DNA from: Octopus vulgaris
Lineage: Eukaryota
NCBI GenBank assembly: GCA_951406725.2
Contig: OX597817.1
Coordinates: 69,502,001-69,566,000, forward strand
Length of the DNA stretch: 64,000 nt
Direction: 5' to 3'
Shown here in pieces: positions 54,464-64,000 of the stretch. The notes under the pieces were generated by a model. The model was not told the origin of the DNA and searched no databases. It saw only the letters and a list, made by a program, of their open reading frames with translations. How positions within the stretch are numbered: position 1 is the stretch's first letter; each line of letters opens with the position of its first letter. Made by a program: the position numbers and the translations under genes.

Positions 54464-56621
54464 ATGAAAGATGATATTTCGGAATTTTGCAGAAAACTAA
54501 GACTCACCGAGGCATTTCAAGACAAACAAATAGAGGAGGACTCAATAGCTAGAAACAAGAGCAATTACACCCCCACCAAAGGTAAGAATAAAGCCTTAGA
54601 CCGCTATTGTGACTACATAACTAATTTCCCGTTTCAATTCATCAAGAAACAAAAACACAGCCCTAACTTCAACAAAAGAGAATGGAACGACCTCATCAAA
54701 CTAAGAGAAGACAAAACAATAACAATTAAGGAGGCAGATAAGGGCAACGCGATAGTAATAATGAATACAAACAATTATAAAAATTTAGTGCTATCCCTAT
54801 TAAGAGATGAAACGTATTATGAAAGGGCCCAACAGTATAACCAGCAAAAAATAATGCATAACCTTAGGACATTAATCAACACATACCAAGAAGGACTCAC
54901 GAACAAGGAGTATGAATACATCACTAACTTCAAATGCAAATCGAGTTTGTTCTATGGTATCCCTAAGGTACACAAAAGCCAAACCATTAGAGAAACGTGC
55001 AAAACATCCACTGACACACTCATCAAAATCCCTTCACCAAATGATCTTAAACTAAGACCGATAATAGCAGGGCCAGCATGTGAAACTCACCGCCTCAGCA
55101 ATTTCTTAGACACACTTCTTAAACCTTTCCTAAAACACATCAAAAGCTACGTAAGAGACGATATAGATATGCTCAACCACCTCCCTAAAACAGTCAATGA
55201 GAAAACCCTTCTAGTATCATTCGACGTAGTTAATCTTTATTCTAACATCCCTCACAACCTAGGAATAGAAGCAATCACCTTCTGGCTGAATAACTACCCC
55301 TTTGAACTCCCAACTCGCATAAACAAAGACCTTATAATAGAAGGACTTAGATTCATTTTAGAGAACAATTATTTTATTTTTGACAATGATTTCTACAGGC
55401 AAAGATCGGGAACAGCGATGGGCACGCGTACTGCACCATCTTTTGCCAACCTAGTGATGGGATACCTCGAGAAAATACTATACCGGATGACACTCGAGAA
55501 ATATGGAAACACCTTCGCCACCTATATCCATAACAACTGGAAAAGATACCTCGATGACTGTTTCATCATCTGGGACAAAGGCATAGAGAAACTTGAGGAA
55601 TTTAAAATTCTATTAAATGGAATAAATGACAATATACAATTCACGATGGACCACAACGAAAAAGAATTACCATTTTTAGACATCCTCATTAAGATAACCG
55701 GCAACAAAATAGAGACAGATATCTACTATAAACCGACAGACTCTAAACAGTACCTACCCTTTGATTCATGCCACCCACGACACACTAGAATGAATGTCCC
55801 TTTTTGTTTAGCTAGAAGGATTTGCACCATAATATCAAGACACAAACACCCGACACACACGTCTCCAGGAACTTAGAACCACACTCACAAATAGAAACTA
55901 TCCACAGCCCCTAATAGACAGTGCAATCCAATGGGTACTTAAATTAAGTATAGAAGACCTGAGACAAACAAAACCAAAAAAGAAAGAACAATTAAAAACC
56001 CTTCCCTACATCTCTACACACAACCCACTCAACAATGAGGCCTTCAACACCATACTACAAAGCACAGCCCTACTAAAGGGAGACCCAAAGATGAACCGGA
56101 TCCTCGAAACACACACCATCATTAAAAGTAAACGGCAACCAAAATCCTTGAAAAGGATTTTAACCCAAGCTACACTGCACTCAACATCAACCACAAAACG
56201 AGCAGTTAGAAAATGTGGAAGGCCCAACTGCGGAATCTGTGTCATCTTGAAAGAAGGATCAGAATTTATACTGGAACAAGGCCACCAGTTCACCATTAGA
56301 ACAAACTTCACCTGCGCATCAGAAAACTTAATTTACGTCATAACATGCGCAGGCTGCAATAGGCAGTATATAGGCCATACAAAAAATAGCTTACGTAACA
56401 GGATGGCGGTGCATAAATCACAAATTAGAAACCCTGATTACCGCAAAATACCGGTCAGTGGACACATAGATAGATGTGCTGGAAATGTAAATCCGAAATT
56501 TACAACTAACCCGCTCTATAAATTCAGTGACAACGCAACCTTCACACAACGCCAAAATAAAGAACTATATTTCATAAAAAAATTTAGACCAAGTTTAAAC
56601 ACCCTGGGCCAGGAATACTAA
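54464..56621 (+). pseudogene. Penelope-type reverse transcriptase plus GIY-YIG endonuclease, single +1 frameshift at ~55838
   Basis: ADKG, YGIPKVHK, RPII, SFDVVNLYSNI, GTAMG, RYLDD, FLD, SCHP, then CGRPNCGIC and NLIYVITCAGCNRQYIGHT..H..H. Removing one A in TCAAGAC joins the two ORFs with no stop. Confidence 0.92.
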
Positions 56622-56789
56622 AACAAAAGATAAGTCCTCCGAAAAGGAGAACCAAATTTCACCACGGCCGCTACTTCAAACAGACACTCACTCTGACGGA
56701 AATATGCCTTAGTAAAAAAGGGAAAAAAATTCTTTGTGCAAATCTGACCCTGATACATACGATACAGCTAAGGGTCAGACCCGATTCTG

Positions 56790-57184
56790 ATTGGTCAACA
56801 AGTTGATGACGTCTAGCTCTGCTAGAATGGACAGGATACAAACAGGGGACAGTCATTAGTCAGAATATTGATGACGTCCTTTTCTGCTTGAATAGTCACC
56901 TAACAAGTACAGACAGGGGGCAGATCTAATGTAGCTATAAGTCGTGATTGGGCAGAATCTGGATGACGTCCCGCTATGCTTGACTAATGAAGCGACTGGT
57001 CAAGACAGGAAACAAACAAGAGGGAGTTATAATGCAGTGATTGGTCAAAATAATGATGACGTCCCGTTCCACTTGATTAAAGCCACCTAACGAAACGATT
57101 GGTCAAAACATTGATGACGTCACGCTACGCTAGATTGACCACCTAACAGGCATTATAAAACCGAGCATTTCACAAAAAATCACT
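56790..57184 (+). promoter_or_regulatory. Putative pLTR Pol II promoter: 5x (ATTGG-N12-TGACGTC) + TATA + Inr
   Basis: Modules at 56790, 56855 (ATTAG), 56947, 57040 and 57098. TATAAAA at 57154-57160 and TCACT at 57180-57184. Confidence 0.7.
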
Positions 57185-57483
57185 AGAACCACCCAGCGAA
57201 CTTCCACCATGGGTCATCACAATTGCTTAAGGTAAAAATGAATTCCTCGCTCTTTCGGAAACATCAATCTTCTGTATTGACTGCTTTCCACCACTTTGAT
57301 CTGTTTTTTGTATTGAATACGTATCGCCACCGTGGGCCACTGCATCGAACACTTTGAACATATACTTCAAACTATATATCAACTATACATGAACTATATA
57401 TCAACTATACATGAACTCTAAGATGTCTGACTCCGTTGTGTATTATAAATGAATTTCTTGTGTTTGACGGCATGAGCTGTCTC

Positions 57484-57554
57484 TTTTTATATATAACTTT
57501 TTTTGATAAGGTTCATTTCAGGAACTGAAACATGTTATAATGTATATATAAAAA
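57484..57554 (+). ncRNA. Minimal type-I hammerhead ribozyme, U3-A8 variant
   Basis: TTGATAA-GGTTC-atttcag-GAACT-GAAA-CATG-TT, with distal stem I TTTTTATATAT/ATATATAAAAA, at the 3' end of a Penelope element. Confidence 0.65.
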
Positions 57555-57599
57555 TTAAAAATTGTATAATACAGCAGCATTTTCGAACTTCATTTTTTA

Positions 57600-57653
<54 letters not shown>

Positions 57654-58216
57654 GTACGACCTTGCCTCACATAATCTCATGCCAATTGTACCTGACAATT
57701 AGGTTAACTGTGTCAGTGGATTACTAACCAGTGCTTATACAAGAATTCAATGTGTACATAGTTCCATTGATGGAACAACTGGGACACATGTAGTCTAAAT
57801 TAAAATTCCATCTACTTTCACTTCATTTATGAATGAATTGTATGAGAACTGTAGCTCTCACAGCAAGATTATGTTCAATTATGTGAACAATTTTGATATC
57901 AGTATCAAACAAATATTTGACTTTGTTTAATTTCTTTTAGTCTTTTTCTTTTGTTCTTTATATGATTCCATACTTATCCCTTATCTGTTACCTGTTTTAA
58001 TCATTAGCATGCCCTTGAAGAATCTTTAGTCAAATGAATCAGCTCCATCACTACCACTACCAATACTTATTTTTATTTCTTTGTTAAGCCTGGTACTTGT
58101 TCTATCAGTCTCTTTTGCTGAACCACTAAGTTATGGGGACATAAACACAACAATAACAGTTGTCAAGTGGTGGTCAGAGAAATCTTCAGAAAAAACTCAC
58201 ACACAAACATATGCGT

Positions 58217-58250
<34 letters not shown>

Positions 58251-58609
58251 ACAATGGGCTTTTTCGGTTTCTGTTTATCAAATCCATTCACATGACTTTG
58301 GTTGGGCTGAGGCTATAGTTGAAGGAAGCTGCTCAAGGTGTCATGAAGAGGGACTGAACCCAGAACCATGAGGTTTGGAAGCAAACTTCTAACCACAAAA
58401 ACCACACCTGCATCTAGCCAAAAAAGGTACCAATTCATGATATGGATTTGGCAGAACTGTAAGAACATCAGCAGATTGGATGATTTCCAGTATTTGTTAT
58501 GGTCTTAAGAAAAAATCTTACCTCACATCCACACCTACATCTACATGCATATAGTCTGTATATTCATGATTTTCCCTTCATGTATATGTGCTGTGTGATA
58601 AAGAAACAT

Positions 58610-59797
58610 TCCTAGGTCTATTATTATTATTCTGATTAATATTAGAGTAGTCATAGATTAATTTATCTTTCAAGTGACTATTGGCTAGGGGATTATTGTT
58701 GTAGGGGACTGTCTTCTTGAAAATTTCTTTAGAGGAAGAGAAGTTAGAAACTCTGTTGTTGATATTAGCTATCAAGTTTTTAAATATTGCAGGAAGGTGA
58801 CAAGACTGTTTATGCATATAGGAAAGTTTCTCATTTGGCTTATGGTAAAGTTTATGGGGAGTTCAACTCGAGGGGATCATCTGAAAAATCAACTTTAGAC
58901 AGGTTAGTAGCTACCGTGGTTTTAAGGCCTAAATGACTGAAGTAAGTTGTTTGCAAAATTTATCAAGGGTGTGGCCATTACAGCCTTGAGAAATACCCAA
59001 ACTGTCATCTCGGTATAGACCAGCATCAAGAGATGGGTACTTAGATCTCAATGTATTTACAAAGAGACCAACTAGGTCGCAGATGTTAGCACTGTCATAT
59101 AACCCCATAAATACATTGAATAATTCATTATCTAACCTTTTTTTACCCATGCTTAGCTCTTACTAAACGGTAGTGATTTCCTTGCATGCCTGATAAAGTC
59201 TAGGCCTATAGGGTCTATATCAACATGATTTAGCAAACTCAATGGCAGTGAGCTAAATATATCAAACTGGGTGAATCTAGCCATATTCTTATTATTAATG
59301 TTCTTGGACCAATCTATTACAGTAAAGCTAATATGTCATTGTTGAAGTCTAGTGGTCTCTCTAATTTTATTATTAATGTTTCTTAGTATTTTTTTTTCTA
59401 GCTTATAGCCCAATTTCAGACCTCACTGGGTTTAACAATCTACAAATATGTTTATTATGAAAATTAGGCTGATAGTCGTTTAAAGTAATAAAGGCTTCTC
59501 TTTTAGCTAAGAATTCTAATCTATTGTCGATTTTACTGTTTAGCAAGGAATTTAGCCTCATCATTAATATTGTTGTATCTCTCTATGTTAGTTTTCTTAT
59601 ATTTAGTGGAAATGGTGTCATTTAACAGCTTATCATATTAAATCATTAGTAACTTTATACTTGTTGTTGGTCTTATCAGAAAATACGAACTTCTTTTTAG
59701 AACTTCTAAAGTTTTTATCAGATCTCATTTTATTTGGAAAAGTGGTATGGTACTTACGGAATCTAATATTGGTAACTAAGCCAAGGAGGTCTTTGGC
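58610..59797 (-). pseudogene. Decayed Penelope-like RT of a second lineage (GLYRDD type)
   Basis: Minus-strand fragments FSDKTNN, AFITL, CRLLNP, QFDI, MGLYDSANICDLVGL, GLYRDD, KPNEKLSYMHKQSCH..NNRVS, with several stops and frameshifts. Confidence 0.8.
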
Positions 59798-60184
59798 ACG
59801 TTCTCAGCACATGAAACTAATAGTAGCACATAAAAACATATATTGTGTTTATTAAATATTTATCTCTCACAAGATAGAATACTTTTTGTTGATCTTACCA
59901 TCACAGAACAGAACACTGTATATATATGTACTTAACCATGTACTTAACTCCATGTCCCCCTACATGGCCTTGCTATTTGCTTTTGAGCCAAATTAACTAA
60001 CTAACTATATATATATATATAACTGGCTTCCTTCAGTTTCCATCTTACAAATCTTTTCATAAGGCTTTGGTTGGCTGAGGCTATAGTTGAAGACACTTTC
60101 TCAAGGCATCAAAAATGGCAAGCTTCTTACCATGCAGCCATGCCTATGTATGTATGTATATATGTTTGTGTGTATGTATCTACA

Positions 60185-60223
<39 letters not shown>

Positions 60224-60291
60224 GTGCACATACACACATGTGCACACATACACATACACACACACACACATACACACACAGAGAGAGAAAG

Positions 60292-60582
60292 ACTATCACA
60301 TTTTGGTACATGTAACTACAACTGCATACACACACATCTATAATGAAATGACAATATTTAAGGATTCCATACCTTAATATAAATATTTGTAGTCACCACA
60401 ATTACCACTACACACACACACACATGTACATACACACACAGACATACTATTACGTTTTGGTACACATAACTACAACTGTATACACACTCACATCTATAAT
60501 GAAATGACAATGTTTAAGGATTCCATACCTCAATACAAATATTTGTAGTCACCACAATTACCACTACACACACACACACACA
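60292..60582. repeat. Two-copy tandem duplication, period 154 bp
   Basis: ACTATCACATTTTGGTAC..CCACAATTACCACTA(CA)n is repeated at 60292 and 60446. Confidence 0.9.
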
Positions 60583-60920
60583 ATATACTTACACATAAAA
60601 CAACACTCACATATTTGTACATACAGCTAGCTTTATCCGACTGGATTGTCGCAGACAGCTCCAAACACTATTAATTTTTCTAACATACATCTACCGAATC
60701 TGTTCACAAGAATTTGATTGACCCAGAGCTATAGGAAAGTACATTTGTTCAAAGCTCCATATAGTGGGAATGAACTTAATATCACATGGTTGAGAAGTAA
60801 AATGTCTTAACACCATAGCCATGCTTACACCACCAAGATAGTGTACATGCACAGACATACACACACACACACACATGCATGTATAGATAAAAATAAGTAT
60901 ATATGTGTATATACATGTAA

Positions 60921-60968
<48 letters not shown>

Positions 60969-61575
60969 CATATAGAGAGACATATATATGACATATATAT
61001 ATATATATATATATAGGTATATATATATCTATACTGTTATATGTGTGTGTGTGTGTATTTGTATCAATAAACAAATGATTTGTTTTGTAAAATAATATCA
61101 GTTCTGTTATTCTTGCTTTCATTCTGAGTTTTTTCAGGATATTGCCAAATATTGAGCCTAAAGCCCTCTCTGTTGTGTCGAAGATTGCTTACAGAATCGT
61201 ATTGTGGGTCTCACTTATATAGAATTGACAAATAATTTTCTATTGTGCTCCAGTAAACTTACTGGACAGTGTAATTGACTTAGCTTTTGAGATTCTAACA
61301 ACTCTTTCATTTTCTTCAGATGAAAAGAATCAGACAGAAGCATTGTCTGGCTGAAAAATCATGAAAATCACCTTTGGCAAGACAGCAAATGTTTATTAAG
61401 AGTAACATCAAGGAAAGATATTACAATATTCTGTTTGTACCAGAACTATCAACTTTTATTACAGCAGAGCCCACCAGTGAAAGAACCTTTATGCAAGCAA
61501 TGACTTCGACTGTTGAAAATAGCAGCCAAATCTCCCTTGAATCATACTTTATCAGGATCTTTTCTGTTTGGCTGT

Positions 61576-61828
61576 CATCATCATCATCATCGTTCAACAT
61601 CCGCTTTCCGTGCTATCATGGGTTGGACAGTTCGACCGGGGTCTGAGAAGCCAGGAGGCTGCACCAGGCTCTAGTCTGATCTGGCAGTGTTTCTACTGCT
61701 GGATGCCCTTCCTAACGCCAACCACTCCATGAGTGTAGTGGGTGCTTTTTACGTGCCACCGGCACAGGTGCCAGGGGAGGTTGGCAGTGGCCATGATCAG
61801 TTGGTGCTTTTTATGTGCCACCGGCACG
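61576..61828 (-). mobile_element. RTE-type 3'-tail repeat
   Basis: (CAT)n..CATGGGTTGGAC..CTGGATGCCCTTCCTAACGCCAACC..GGTGCTTTTTACGTGCCACCGGCAC. Confidence 0.8.
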
Positions 61829-62625
61829 TTTTTTGAAATTCTAAAATAAAGTAAAAATTTTCAAATTTGGTCTATTGATGTAATTTTTCATGCCAAATCT
61901 CAGAGCCTAATTCATTCATTCCAGAAAATATTAAAAAAAAATTACAGAGATTTAAAGTCTGATAATTTTTACCAAGTCACAAAACAGGATTTGGAAGTTG
62001 TCATTTTGTGCGTGACTGCAATTGTAAGACGACAAAACAATAATGTCGATATTGCAATGATAGCACATGTTTTAAGCAATTAATAAGTGAAAAATTATCA
62101 AAAAACAAGTAAACAACACATATTTTGTAGTTTTGAGGATTCAGTATGCATTAATTGTGAAAAAAAAGAGAAAACAACACATAGAAAAACAAATTGTAAA
62201 CAAATTAAATATTTATCAACTCACTCACAGATACATTGACCAAAAGATGTCCCAAGCATGGGTATCTGGAGGCATGGCCAAGATACACATACATAGATAC
62301 ACATAGATATATATGCTTGTGAGTACTTGAGTATGTGTATTTGTTCATGTGTACCTTTGTCTATACATCATGTAATAATTGTAAATGAGTATCACCATCA
62401 TACAAGTGAAGCTGTTCATTCTGAGTCTTCCATGCAAAACATTTCTTGCTGTGGCAAAATGTTACCTTGCTTGGAAACAGGTGAGGGTTGGCAACAGGAA
62501 GGAAGGACTTCTGGCTGCAGTTAATGTGCCTCAACCAAGTTTATTAGACCCATGCAGACACATAGAAAAGTGGACTGTGAATGATGAGGATGAGAATGAT
62601 GGTGTTTATATATATATATATGTAT

Positions 62626-62915
62626 ATCATCATCATCATCATCGTTTAACGTCCGCTTTCCATGCTAGCATGAGTTGGACGATTTTGACTGAGGGCTGGC
62701 GAACCAGATGGCTGCACCAGGCTCCAATCTTGATCTGGCAGAGTTTCTACAGCTGGATGCCCTTCCTAAGGCCAACCACTCTGAGAGTGTAGTGGGTGCT
62801 TTTTACATGCCACCGGCATGGGGGCCAGTCAGGCGGTACTGGCAACGACCTCGCTCGAATCTTTTTACACATGCCACCAGCACAGGTGCCAGTAAGGCGA
62901 TGTTGATAATGATCA
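62626..62915 (-). mobile_element. RTE-type 3'-tail repeat
   Basis: Closely matches 14392-14630. Confidence 0.8.
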
Positions 62916-63046
62916 CGCACAAATTTATATACCCTCATCAGAGGTAGCTAATATGGAATTAAATATTGGCTACCTCTGATGAATGTAGGGTTATATAACT
63001 GGATATGAATATATGTATATTTATGTATATATGTATGTATGTATGT

Positions 63047-63651
63047 CTCTTCTATTTTTTAATTATTATAAATCTTCCACTGAGGAGGGAGCTGGTTTCC
63101 AACAAAGATACAAGGCTCTGTCTTTGGGATGTAGTTAACACAGACAAATTCACATTTGGAACTTGAGAAACGTCTTGCATATTTTTACTGTTCCACTTAC
63201 AGATTACACATGTAATGTACAAATTAGCCGGTCGATTTTTCTTTATGAAAATCCCAGTTTATCCAGATTCTCCTTTAAGCATGTACTAACAAAATCTAGT
63301 GCTCTAATTATGAATATGAATTCATAGTCTGGATATAGAAGCTGGAGGTTTCAAAACAGTTGTCCATAGATATCCTCTTTTTCTTTGATTTTCAAAGAGA
63401 TATTTATATCTGTGGGGCAGCTGACCTCTATGATGGCACATAGCTTTGCCCCTGTGTCTCCTACAATAATATCTCGCTTGTTATGTTTACATTTAACAGA
63501 AGTTTTGATGGGAATATTCCACCAGTATTCCTTGAGTTGGTATTTATGAATGTATTCCATAAGAGAGGGATTTTCTAAGTTTATTTCAGGACAGTCTTGT
63601 TTTGGATGGCATTGTAAATTGTTTTAGCAACAACATCATGCCACATAGGCA
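63047..63651 (-). mobile_element. 5'-truncated RLE-type (R4-related) non-LTR retrotransposon, decayed
   Basis: HDVVAKTIYNAI..YWWNIPIKT..KHNKRDII..IIEVSCP.D.NI..K..EK...Y..GTVKICKTFLKFQM*, short UTR, (TATG)n on both flanks. Confidence 0.82.
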
Positions 63652-64000
63652 TGCATGAATGTATGTATGTATGTATGTATGTATGTATGTATGTATGTAT
63701 GTATGTATGTATGTATGTATGTATGTATGTATGTATGTATGTATGTAGCCAGGACAAACAAACAGATCATTGATCTGATGGATCTAGGATGATCTAGAGT
63801 TGAAAAATTTAAGAAATACACCAATAGCAAACCACCGCCATCAACAGCACTGTCCCTATCCCCACCTCTAGCACCACTGGCATTATCACCACCACTACCA
63901 ACACCACTGCCACTACCACCGCTGTTTGCACATCAAATCTCTGTGTGGTTCAGTTTGTTTATGGGGGACATAAACAAACATTACCACAACCAAAGCAGTG

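Larger units (their letters stand above)
54464..57604 (+). mobile_element. Penelope-like retroelement, 5'-truncated, with complete 3' region, inserted in (TA)n
   Basis: RT and GIY-YIG ORF followed by ~1 kb non-coding 3' region ending at (TA)n. TA-rich 5' flank. Confidence 0.93.

Noticed and set aside
54464-56760. Selenoprotein-type Penelope (UGA recoding with SECIS, known in some Naiad elements)
   Set aside because: There is no in-frame TGA in the reconstructed ORF, the break is a frameshift and I saw no SECIS-like hairpin.
53508-59989. 51-bp inverted repeats (53508-53558 and 59939-59989) bracketing both Penelope elements as a composite transposon
   Set aside because: Each has its own simple-repeat tail like a truncated LINE 3' end, there is no shared TSD and the interior is a mix of unrelated insertions.

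Overview
AT-rich, microsatellite-saturated animal genomic DNA. The SINE families and simple-repeat load look like an octopod cephalopod (Octopus), which is an inference from pattern recognition. I found no host protein-coding gene I can recognise. Nearly all listed ORFs are translations of (TA)n, (CA)n, (TATG)n, (TATC)n, (TAA)n or (CAT)n repeats. The real coding signal comes from transposons: a near-intact Penelope-like element (RT plus GIY-YIG, one frameshift; 54464-57604), a decayed Penelope-like element of another lineage, R4/Dong-type and related RLE retroelement 3' ends, RTE and probable Tx1 and CR1/L2 fragments, and mariner, Tc1, hAT and Helitron-like DNA elements. Several tRNA-derived SINE families are present, often nested and with clear TSDs. 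The most interesting layer is non-coding: at least five candidate minimal hammerhead ribozymes with variant cores (one with a compensatory U3-A8 pair), usually in small inserts next to (TA)n; several long fold-back inserts sharing an 'inverted arm + arm + tail' layout; and a five-fold ATTGG-N12-TGACGTC module array with TATA/Inr in the 3' region of the intact Penelope element. Coordinates were counted by eye, and edges of decayed elements are approximate.
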